From contig CANQIK010000003.1 of NCBI GenBank assembly GCA_947624085.1, positions 1 through 55,409 of the forward strand: a stretch of 55,409 nt of DNA, given 5' to 3'. The notes under the pieces were generated by a model. The model was not told the DNA's origin, did not search any database, and saw only the letters and a program-made list of their open reading frames with translations. Source of the stretch: an uncultured Bacilli bacterium. Lineage in GTDB: Bacteria; Bacillota_I; Bacilli_A; RF39; UBA660. Made by a program: the position numbers and the translations under genes. Below, piece after piece: positions 44,425 through 52,774 of the stretch; position 1 is the stretch's first letter; each line of letters begins with the position of its first letter.

Positions 44425-45108
44425 TCAGCCTTGAAATAAAGAATCATACGTTTTTACGACTTCTTCATGAATATCTTCTATTGATCTTACTTTACCATTT
44501 TTAACACATTCAATTATTTTAAAGTCATAAAGTTCGGCTAATTCAAGGTAACTTTGCGCAGCATGACGTAAATGCTCATCATTACTTTCAAGTTCATCAA
44601 GCTTTTCGGCTCTATCAGTTCTTAACTTTTTGGCCTCATCAGGAGGCATATATAATAAAATTACGCCATCCGGTCTTGGCAAGTTAAGTAAATCAAATTC
44701 TAGTTTTTCCACAAACTGATACATTTCTAAACGCTTTTGTTTATCTCTAAGCTTACCACCTTGATGAGCCATATTACTAAAAATATATCTATCAAGAAAG
44801 ACAATATATCCTTCATTTAATTTATCTTGAATTTCCTTAAAATTGTACAATCGATCAGCAGCATAAAATAAACAAGCTACATGAGGATCTACTGCATCAG
44901 CCCCTTCAGGAAACCACCCATCACAAATATAACTTTTGCCAAGATAGGCACCACCTACTATGCGACCCGTAGGGGTTTCATAACATGGGAAAGAAAATTG
45001 AGCTACCTTTTCACCCTTAGCTTTTAGGTAGGATGTTAAAAGTTCTGTTTGCGTAGCCTTGCCAGAACAATCTGTTCCTTCAATTACAAATATTTTTCCT
45101 TTACTCAT
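44425..45108 (-). CDS. tmk: Thymidylate (dTMP) kinase
   Basis: 227 aa with P-loop FVIEGTDCSGKATQ and the DRY motif LDRYIFSNMAHQG. It overlaps thyX by 8 nt. Confidence 0.8.
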   Translation of the reverse strand: MSKGKIFVIEGTDCSGKATQTELLTSYLKAKGEKVAQFSFPCYETPTGRIVGGAYLGKSYICDGWFPEGADAVDPHVACLFYAADRLYNFKEIQDKLNEGYIVFLDRYIFSNMAHQGGKLRDKQKRLEMYQFVEKLEFDLLNLPRPDGVILLYMPPDEAKKLRTDRAEKLDELESNDEHLRHAAQSYLELAELYDFKIIECVKNGKVRSIEDIHEEVVKTYDSLFQG

Positions 45109-46531
45109 GATTTTCTCCTATAGCTTTTAATATACTATTTATTCTACCGCATGACTCTTTACCTTCACCACACTTATGTTTAGTGACACAATCTGGGCCT
45201 AAATTCATAGCAAAGTATTTGGCAACTTTGGCAACTTCATCATGCATTTTATTAACGGCATATCTTATACACCATTGAGCTTTAGTACACATTCTTAAAC
45301 GACAAATCCATCTTAAAGCTTCCCCATCAAAGTTAATGGTAATATTAATAGTATTACCTGATAAAGTAAAATATATTAAATCTTCTTCTCTAATACCTAA
45401 ATTTAAAAACTCTTGATATATTTCCGCATTTTTCTTATATATTTCTTTATATAATTTAAATAACTTTTCATTTGCTTCAATACTTGGAGGAGTCAAATAT
45501 TTTGTAACATCAATATTAGGAACAAAGGCAGGTATTGATAAAGAAAGTCTTCTATGGCGTGTATAATGGGTTAAAACCGCAAAAGGGACACTTAAATTAA
45601 AGCGAAAGTTAACTTGTTTTAAATCTTCATGCGTTTCATCTTCACAAATAGCTTTCATAAGTTTTTTCTTTAATTCTTCCTTACTTGCTATTTTATCTTC
45701 ATATATCTTCTTGGCATCTTTAAAAGTATAACCATAAATTCTAGCAATAGCATTTATGAATAATAAATTATCAACATCTTTAGTATAACTAATTAGCTCT
45801 ACTGTATCACTAGTTTTATAATTTCTTGGTTTAACATAATCATTTAATAAAGTCGCTATTTCGGATGTATTAGTTACATCACTATTTTCGATTACCGTTT
45901 CTAGGTAAGGCGCTCTTTTTTCGGCAATAGCTTTTAATTTCTCACCAAATTCTTTAAATTCACTTATATTGGAATGGACACCTTTAGTCATAGATATTAT
46001 CATTCTAGCTAAAGCAGTAGCATCAAGGCCCATTATAATTTCCGCATGATATGAATACGGCAAGACAAATCGGGCGTCTTCTTTATTAATACCATTATCT
46101 ACAAAGGTAGAATAGCTATCAAATAAATAGTTCATATGAGCACAATATTTTTCTTTAAGCTCTTCATTATTAGTAACTAAATTGCCATCTTTATCGTGAA
46201 AATCCGGTGTGTAAAAGCCAACCGTTCTAAAATCTACTTCTCTTCGCGATTTGATCGTAAAAGAAGAAAATCTTTCAGCAATTATAGTTTGTTCAATGGC
46301 CGGGCTTACCTCTGATAAAGAGAAAACCATATAATCATGATCAATTGTTGAAGTATGGCCCATTTTAATAACTCTTTTAATAAAATTTAAAGCTTCCTCA
46401 GGCGTAGCAAAACTATCTAAGGCATCTTGGACTTTACCTTTCATTCGGGATAATTTGCCCGCTCCGGCACAAATTCTTAATTGTTCTTCAATAAATTCTT
46501 TAGAGGTATTACCTAATAATTTTACTTCCAT
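45101..46531 (-). CDS. thyX: FAD-dependent thymidylate synthase ThyX, double-length (tandem ThyX-like halves)
   Basis: 476 aa. The C-terminal half carries the ThyX RHRxxS motif (YTRHRRLSLS). The N-terminal half is ThyX-like (GHTSTIDHDYMVFSL.EVSPAIEQTII) but has AERFSS in place of RHR..S. Confidence 0.8.
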   Translation of the reverse strand: MEVKLLGNTSKEFIEEQLRICAGAGKLSRMKGKVQDALDSFATPEEALNFIKRVIKMGHTSTIDHDYMVFSLSEVSPAIEQTIIAERFSSFTIKSRREVDFRTVGFYTPDFHDKDGNLVTNNEELKEKYCAHMNYLFDSYSTFVDNGINKEDARFVLPYSYHAEIIMGLDATALARMIISMTKGVHSNISEFKEFGEKLKAIAEKRAPYLETVIENSDVTNTSEIATLLNDYVKPRNYKTSDTVELISYTKDVDNLLFINAIARIYGYTFKDAKKIYEDKIASKEELKKKLMKAICEDETHEDLKQVNFRFNLSVPFAVLTHYTRHRRLSLSIPAFVPNIDVTKYLTPPSIEANEKLFKLYKEIYKKNAEIYQEFLNLGIREEDLIYFTLSGNTINITINFDGEALRWICRLRMCTKAQWCIRYAVNKMHDEVAKVAKYFAMNLGPDCVTKHKCGEGKESCGRINSILKAIGENHE

Positions 46532-46536
46532 ATTAA

Positions 46537-47769
46537 TTATACCTCGTCATACCATAATGGATGTTTATGAGTAAGCTCGATAACTTCGGCTTTTAAAGAA
46601 TTTAATAATTTTTCATCATCTTTATTTTTTAAAGCTTTAGCAATAATTTTACCAACTTTTCTGAATTCTTCTTCATTAAAGCCTCGCGTAGTCATTGCCG
46701 GACTACCAAGTCTTAACCCACTTGAAATCATTGGGCTTTCGGTATCACCCGGAATAGCATTTTTGTTAGTCGTAATACAGATACTATCAAGAAGATTTTG
46801 AGCATCTTTACCAGTAATATTACAAGAAGATTTAACATCAATTAATATTAAGTGATTATCGGTTCCTCCGGAAATAATTTTAATACCCTCTTCTTCTAAA
46901 GATTTAGCTAAGGCTTTAATATTTTTAAGGACATTTTCTTGATATGTTTTAAATTCTGGTTGTAAAGCTTCATAAAAACACTCGGCTTTAGCGCCAATAA
47001 CGTGTTCAAGAGGTCCGCCTTGAATACCTGGGAACACTGTTTTATTAATTTTTTTAGCTATTTCTTCATCATTAGTTAGTATTAATCCTCCTCTTGGCCC
47101 TCTTAAAGTTTTATGCGTTGTTGTTGTAACAACATGAGCATAAGGCACTGGTGATGGATGAAGTCCTGCTGCTACTAACCCAGCAATATGAGCCATATCT
47201 ACCATTAGGTAAGCGCCTACTTTATCGGCTATTTCTCTAAAGCGTTTAAAATCTATTATTCGCGAATAAGCCGAAGCTCCGGCAATAATCATTTTAGGTT
47301 TTTCTTTTAAAGCTAAAGCTTCTACTTCATCATAATCAAGCATTTGTGTTTCATGGTTAACATCATAAGATACGATTTCATAATCAATCCCACTAAAGCT
47401 TAATTTGTGTCCATGAGTAAGATGGCCACCATTGTCAAGATTCATACCCATTACTTTATCACCATGGTTTAATAAAGCTCGATAAACAGCCATATTAGCC
47501 GAACTGCCACAATGAGGTTGAACATTAGCAAATTTAGCGTTAAATAATTCAGTGGCATATTTTATAGCTAGACTTTCAATCTCGTCTATATTTTCACAGC
47601 CCCCATAGTACCTTTTGCCGGGATATCCTTCAGCATATTTGTTTGTCAAAATACTGCCTTGCATCTTCAAAACATCATTTGAAACATAGTTTTCTGATGC
47701 GATAAGTTCAATATTTTCCTCTTGTCTTTTGCGCTCTTTTCTAAGAGCCGTTAATAATGCTTTATCCAT
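46537..47769 (-). CDS. glyA: Serine hydroxymethyltransferase
   Basis: 410 aa with the PLP-Lys motif [14 protein letters not shown]. Confidence 0.95.
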   Translation of the reverse strand: MDKALLTALRKERKRQEENIELIASENYVSNDVLKMQGSILTNKYAEGYPGKRYYGGCENIDEIESLAIKYATELFNAKFANVQPHCGSSANMAVYRALLNHGDKVMGMNLDNGGHLTHGHKLSFSGIDYEIVSYDVNHETQMLDYDEVEALALKEKPKMIIAGASAYSRIIDFKRFREIADKVGAYLMVDMAHIAGLVAAGLHPSPVPYAHVVTTTTHKTLRGPRGGLILTNDEEIAKKINKTVFPGIQGGPLEHVIGAKAECFYEALQPEFKTYQENVLKNIKALAKSLEEEGIKIISGGTDNHLILIDVKSSCNITGKDAQNLLDSICITTNKNAIPGDTESPMISSGLRLGSPAMTTRGFNEEEFRKVGKIIAKALKNKDDEKLLNSLKAEVIELTHKHPLWYDEV

Positions 47770-48598
47770 TTATATTACCTCCTTTATAAGCATCTATTAC
47801 ATTTTGAATAACCATAGCAATTGTCATTGGTCCTACTCCCCCAGGATTAGGAGTAATATAAGCACATTTATCTTTAACATTATCAAAATCAACATCACCA
47901 ACAATTTTGCCATCAAATACCGTTATTCCTACATCTATTACTATAGCCCCATCTTTAACCATATCTTCGGTTATAATGTGTGGTTTACCTACTGCCGAAA
48001 CAATAATATCGTTATTTAAGGTTATTTCTTTTAAATTACTAGATTTACTATGAGCTATGGTAACAGTAGCATCTTTATTTAAAAATTCAAATATAAGCGG
48101 TTTACCCACAATATTTCCTCTACCTATAATACAAACTTTTTTACCACTTAAATCTATATTATAGTACTCTAATAGCTTAATAATTCCTTTAGGTGTACAA
48201 GACCTTAATCCTGGTAAATTGTGAGCTAACTTATAAAAATTATCTTTGGTAAAACCATCAACATCTTTTTGGGGATTAATATGTTTAATACATTTTTCAA
48301 TATCAAGACCTTTAGGAATTGGACTTTGTAAAATAATACCATTAATATTACTATCATTATTTAACTTTTCAATTAAGTTTATAATCTCTTCTTCGGATTT
48401 AACATTAGGCATGGCAAAAATAAGAGGTTTAATACCAACCTGTTCACAATATTTTTTCTTATTTTTTATATATCTTTCACTTGGTTCATAATGCCCAGCA
48501 TAAATAATAGCCAATGTAAGATTTAATTTCTCTCTTTCAATTTGTTCTTTAGCTTTTGCAAGCAAAGAATCACGTACCATTTTTCCATCTAACAGCAT
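47762..48598 (-). CDS. folD: Bifunctional methylenetetrahydrofolate dehydrogenase/cyclohydrolase
   Basis: 278 aa with GRGNIVGKP and PGGVGPMT. Confidence 0.95.
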   Translation of the reverse strand: MLLDGKMVRDSLLAKAKEQIEREKLNLTLAIIYAGHYEPSERYIKNKKKYCEQVGIKPLIFAMPNVKSEEEIINLIEKLNNDSNINGIILQSPIPKGLDIEKCIKHINPQKDVDGFTKDNFYKLAHNLPGLRSCTPKGIIKLLEYYNIDLSGKKVCIIGRGNIVGKPLIFEFLNKDATVTIAHSKSSNLKEITLNNDIIVSAVGKPHIITEDMVKDGAIVIDVGITVFDGKIVGDVDFDNVKDKCAYITPNPGGVGPMTIAMVIQNVIDAYKGGNING

Positions 48599-48668
48599 AT
48601 TAATCCTCCTTTTTTAGCTCTATCTCTTTATTTTTATTAACATATGCGTCCCCAAGTAAATTTTTTAT

Positions 48669-48803
48669 TTAATTTCTAGTATTTTTAGTGGCCCTACTAC
48701 CAAGTCTAGCAACTTTAAGATTTCTTTTTTTATCCCAAACAGTTCTAATTGTTTCATTATTAAATATTTTACTTACTAAATACATTTTATCTTGACTATT
48801 CAT
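48669..48803 (-). pseudogene. Possible short remnant of a BRO-N/antirepressor-type gene (44 codons)
   Basis: GGAGG lies 8 nt upstream of the ATG at 48803. Translation is MNSQDKMYLVSKIFNNETIRTVWDKKRNLKVARLGSRATKNTRN. The F.N..IRTV.D....-..VA..LG spacing loosely recalls the first strands of BRO-N domains, but the ORF is far too short for a full domain. Confidence 0.2.
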
Positions 48804-48896
48804 AATCAAAACCTCCATTATTAGGGATATATTAACTTCCTTTATATTCATATATACTGGATAGAGGTTTGATTTCCTTTTTTATTTTGTAATTTT

Positions 48897-49895
48897 TTAA
48901 AATAATGAATGATTATGAGCAATTTTAAGATGTTCATAAGCTTTTTCTGTTGCAACCCGTCCACTTTTAGTTCTTTTGATAAAACCCTCTTGTAATAAGA
49001 AAGGTTCGATAACATCTTCAACAGTTGAAATTTCTTCGCCAATTGAAGTAGCAATAGTTTCCCCGCCAACAGGTCCACCATTAAATTTAGCAATTAAACT
49101 CGTTAAATATTCAATATCAAGATTATCTAAACCTTGATCATCTACTTTAAGTTTTTCTAAAGCTTTTTTAGTTATATCTAAAGATATATGCCCATCGCCA
49201 TCGACTAAGGCAAAGTCTCTTACTCTTTTAAAAAGCCGATTAGCTATTCTAGGCGTTTTTCTACTACGAGTAGCCAGTTCTAAAGCAGCATCATCATCTA
49301 TTTCCATGTTAAGAACTTTACCCGTCCTTTTTACAATGGCCTCCAACTCTTCGTTGGTATAATACTCCAGTTTATTTATAATACCAAAACGATCACGTAA
49401 AGGCGCAGTTAAATCCCCAGAACGAGTTGTAGCACCAACTAAAGTAAAAGGCGGTAAATCAATACGAATACTTTTACTCTTGTTATCATTACTAATTACT
49501 AAATCAAGAACAAAATCTTCCATCGCTGGATATAATATTTCTTCAATATAACTTGGAAGACGATGAATTTCATCAATAAATAAAACATCACCAGGTTCTA
49601 AAGTTGATAAGATAGCGGCTAAATCGCCAGGTTTTTCCATTGCAGGCCCCGATGTTGTTTTAATATTAGTCCCCATTTCATTAGCAATAATATGGGCTAA
49701 AGTTGTTTTTCCCATTCCGGGAGGGCCATATAATAAAACATGGTCTAATACTTCATCCCGCATTTTTGCCGCTTTAATAAAAACACTTAAATTGTCTTTA
49801 ATAGCTTGTTGGCCGACATATTCATCTAAACTTTGAGGTCTTATATTTTTTTCAAAGTTATCTTCATTAAGTTCAGTTGTATCTACGATTCTCAT
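48897..49895 (-). CDS. ruvB: Holliday junction branch migration ATPase RuvB
   Basis: 332 aa with GPPGMGKTT and LFIDEIHR. Confidence 0.95.
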   Translation of the reverse strand: MRIVDTTELNEDNFEKNIRPQSLDEYVGQQAIKDNLSVFIKAAKMRDEVLDHVLLYGPPGMGKTTLAHIIANEMGTNIKTTSGPAMEKPGDLAAILSTLEPGDVLFIDEIHRLPSYIEEILYPAMEDFVLDLVISNDNKSKSIRIDLPPFTLVGATTRSGDLTAPLRDRFGIINKLEYYTNEELEAIVKRTGKVLNMEIDDDAALELATRSRKTPRIANRLFKRVRDFALVDGDGHISLDITKKALEKLKVDDQGLDNLDIEYLTSLIAKFNGGPVGGETIATSIGEEISTVEDVIEPFLLQEGFIKRTKSGRVATEKAYEHLKIAHNHSLF

Positions 49896-50414
49896 TTAGT
49901 CTCCTTTCATAATATATAAAAGTGCATCACACCATGATAATACATAATCATGTTTATCATCTTTAACCCCAAAGCGCAAAGTTTTAATGCCATACTGGGC
50001 AACATCATCTAAAACGCGTCTGCTGTCATCTATCATTAAATCTACACCATATTTTTGACACGCTTCCCCTTTTTTATCTAAACCAAATACCATTTCATCA
50101 AAAGCCAAATTATTTTTTCTTATAAATTCTTTTGTCGGTTCAATTATTTCTTGTATTTCCCCACCTCGAGCCGTTAATAATATGGTTTTAATATGATGAT
50201 CTTTACAGTAATTCAAAAATTCTTTAAGACCATCATAAATATTAACCTGCCAAACTATTTCAGCCATGTGCTTTCTCATGATAATCTTTTCTTTATCCCA
50301 AGGAGAGTTTTCATGGTCTTTAATAATAACTTCGGGATAATCCTTTTTATATTTTTCTTCTAGAATTTGCCATGTATTAACACACGTATCATCAAAATCT
50401 ATCCCTATTACCAT
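49896..50414 (-). CDS. HAD-family 5'(3')-deoxyribonucleotidase-like phosphatase
   Basis: 172 aa with HAD motif I IGIDFDDTCVNT and the later LLTARG and IDD motifs. It abuts ruvB with no gap. Confidence 0.6.
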   Translation of the reverse strand: MVIGIDFDDTCVNTWQILEEKYKKDYPEVIIKDHENSPWDKEKIIMRKHMAEIVWQVNIYDGLKEFLNYCKDHHIKTILLTARGGEIQEIIEPTKEFIRKNNLAFDEMVFGLDKKGEACQKYGVDLMIDDSRRVLDDVAQYGIKTLRFGVKDDKHDYVLSWCDALLYIMKGD

Positions 50415-50418
50415 AAAC

Positions 50419-50979
50419 CTACCTTAAAAGAAGTTTTAAAGCTTCTTTTATTTGCTCTTCAATAGTTAAAGAGCTATCAACATCTTTAATAATTTTCTTG
50501 ATTTCACTAGTCTTATAGCCTAAAGATTCTAATACCGCAACTAAATCTTCCCTATTGGTATCTTCTTGACTATTACTATCCACTTCAATATTAATCTTGC
50601 CTTTTAAATCGAGAATGATTTGTTTAGCAATCTTTTCGCCTATACGTGGAAATTTAGTTAAATAAAGATGATTTTCTCGATTTATAGCATCAACTATACC
50701 ACTTACAGAGCCTGTGGCAAAAAAGACATTAGCCATTTTTGGCCCTAAGCCCTTAACATCAATAAGCTTTAAGAAAAGTTCTAATTCCTCTTCTTTTTGA
50801 AAACCATATAAAGAATTTTCATCTTCTTTAACATTATTATATAGATATACCTTATATTCTTTTTCCAGTTCATAGCTATAGGGATTAGCTACATATATAA
50901 GATATCCTATATTATTACACTCTAAAACAATATAATTAGAGCTTTGCATAGTTACTTTACCTATTATGTACTTATACAT
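50419..50979 (-). CDS. ruvA: Holliday junction DNA helicase subunit RuvA
   Basis: MYKYIIGKV... start, with HhH motifs (LIDVKGLGPKMA, LTKFPRIGEKIAKQII). An upstream ATG at 51000 is less likely. Confidence 0.9.
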   Translation of the reverse strand: MYKYIIGKVTMQSSNYIVLECNNIGYLIYVANPYSYELEKEYKVYLYNNVKEDENSLYGFQKEEELELFLKLIDVKGLGPKMANVFFATGSVSGIVDAINRENHLYLTKFPRIGEKIAKQIILDLKGKINIEVDSNSQEDTNREDLVAVLESLGYKTSEIKKIIKDVDSSLTIEEQIKEALKLLLR

Positions 50980-51147
50980 TTTATAACCACCCAATACCAT
51001 TATATACCATAATTTATTATTTAGCTATCATAAAAAGCTATAAGAAAAGCATTGACTTTCTGTCAAGTTTGCGTTAAAGTACTTGCCATGCAAATCCCTT
51101 ATTAAGGGGTTATTTATTCATATTTTTAAAGGCACGCTATATTTAGG

Positions 51148-51176
51148 TTGACTTTATTTATTTTTTGTGGTAATAT
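51148..51176 (+). promoter_or_regulatory. Strong sigma-A promoter of the 51212-54865 operon
   Basis: TTGACT (51148-51153), a 17-nt spacer ending in TG, then TAATAT (51171-51176), giving an extended -10 TGgTAATAT. GGAGGG SD lies at ~51198. Confidence 0.6.
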
Positions 51177-51211
51177 AGGCGCCAATAAATCAAAAAAGGA
51201 GGGTTTTGATT

Positions 51212-52750
51212 ATGAATAAAGATGAGATACTAGCATTAATCTATAAATGTGATGCTATTATTAGTAATTATCTTAATGATAATTCATTTGATGCAACTAA
51301 AGTTACCGAGGCAAAATTAAAACAATGGAAATTACAAATTGATGAGGACTGTGCAGAAGTAGAACAAGACGATGATTTAACTGCTGAGCAATTAAGCAAA
51401 TTCCAAAGTAGATACGAAGGTTTTCTTAAATTACTTAATAGTTTTAAAAAAGTAAGTGAGGATACTAAAAAAGATGATACAAGTAAGGAAGAAACTACTG
51501 TTACAAAAGACGATGTTATTTCGCTTATGACTGAGTGTAAAAATGAAGCCGAAAACTTATTAGAAAATAACGATATCAAATTAAGAAGAAGTGATAAGAA
51601 ATGGCTTAAAACTACTTTATCAGATATTGGTCTTGATTATATGAATCTTGCAAATTTAGACGATGATGACGAAGCATTAAAAGATTACGAGGAAAAATAT
51701 ACTCAAGTTGCTAAAGATATTGCCGATATTAAAGAAGAAGTTAAAAATCGTCATAAAGTTAAATCAATAACTAAAGCCAAAGATGTCGCACCTGCTACGG
51801 AAGAATCAAGAATTAAATTATTAAAAGAAATTTTATTAGGTATCGGTGTTGCTATAGGTGGTGTTGCCCTAGCTTGGCTTATTATTGCTTTCGTTCGTGA
51901 TATTAAAAAACCAGTAGCTAAGCCTACTGAACCAGAACCAAGTGATAGCTATGAAGAGCAAATTGTTGAAGTTAGTGATGCTTTAATAGCCCAAAATATT
52001 GATATTAATGATTATACTTCATTATACAATTATGCCTGTGATATCCAAAAGAAATTACCTGCTGAAATGGGTATAACTATTGATGATATTATGTATGCTT
52101 TAAAACTTGCTAACTATGATAAATTAACTGATAATGGTTGCTTCTCTGATCGTGATGAAGTTTGTGCTTCAACATATCGAATTGGTCAACTTGCACCAGT
52201 TGTAGGAGTTGATGCTCTAGTTCAAAGAGATCCTGCTGATGATATCACTATAACTGATGAACAAATGATTGATATTATCATGACATCTACAGATAGTGCT
52301 TTATCGGTTGCTGAATTTGCCGAAGCTAAAGTTGATGGTGGTTATGATATGTATCGCGCTGCTGAAATTTGTTTAAAAGGATTATATCAAACTGCTGATG
52401 AAGAAAGAGCATTCTTATTTGCTAAAGTTATGAATGAATTAACTTGCCGGGAAGCTGTTAACTATTCAATTTGTCCAAATAGTCCCGTATGTACTCATTA
52501 CACTATGGCTGGTATGTATACTGCTAATCAAGATAGAATTCTTGAACTTACATCTGCTAAAAACTTAGGACCTATTTATGGTTCTGATGCAAGAATAGAT
52601 GGTACATATGGTTCTATGTGTGTTGAAGAACTTGCAGCATTTATGTACATCGATACGAAAAACGGAACATTTATTGGTAACGAAAAAAATTGTATTTACA
52701 GTTTTGTAATAGATGAGAATATAACTTGCAACTATAGTTTAGGCAGATAA
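51212..52750 (+). CDS. Bitopic membrane protein: acidic coiled-coil N-domain, one TM, ~280-aa Cys-containing extracytoplasmic domain
   Basis: The ATG lies 8 nt after GGAGGG (the track start at 51206 is a TTG). The TM helix is ILLGIGVAIGGVALAWLIIAFV at ~residue 205. A PTEPEPS linker follows, then a unique domain with 10 Cys. No family recognised. Confidence 0.7.
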   Translation: MNKDEILALIYKCDAIISNYLNDNSFDATKVTEAKLKQWKLQIDEDCAEVEQDDDLTAEQLSKFQSRYEGFLKLLNSFKKVSEDTKKDDTSKEETTVTKDDVISLMTECKNEAENLLENNDIKLRRSDKKWLKTTLSDIGLDYMNLANLDDDDEALKDYEEKYTQVAKDIADIKEEVKNRHKVKSITKAKDVAPATEESRIKLLKEILLGIGVAIGGVALAWLIIAFVRDIKKPVAKPTEPEPSDSYEEQIVEVSDALIAQNIDINDYTSLYNYACDIQKKLPAEMGITIDDIMYALKLANYDKLTDNGCFSDRDEVCASTYRIGQLAPVVGVDALVQRDPADDITITDEQMIDIIMTSTDSALSVAEFAEAKVDGGYDMYRAAEICLKGLYQTADEERAFLFAKVMNELTCREAVNYSICPNSPVCTHYTMAGMYTANQDRILELTSAKNLGPIYGSDARIDGTYGSMCVEELAAFMYIDTKNGTFIGNEKNCIYSFVIDENITCNYSLGR

Positions 52751-52774
52751 AAAAATAAAAGGAGGTTTTGAAAA

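Noticed and set aside
48848-49093. An 81-aa ORF overlapping the 3' end of ruvB. A 65-aa ORF at 36092-36289 lies inside rplU.
   Set aside because: Both are out-of-frame overlaps with unambiguous conserved genes and are spurious.
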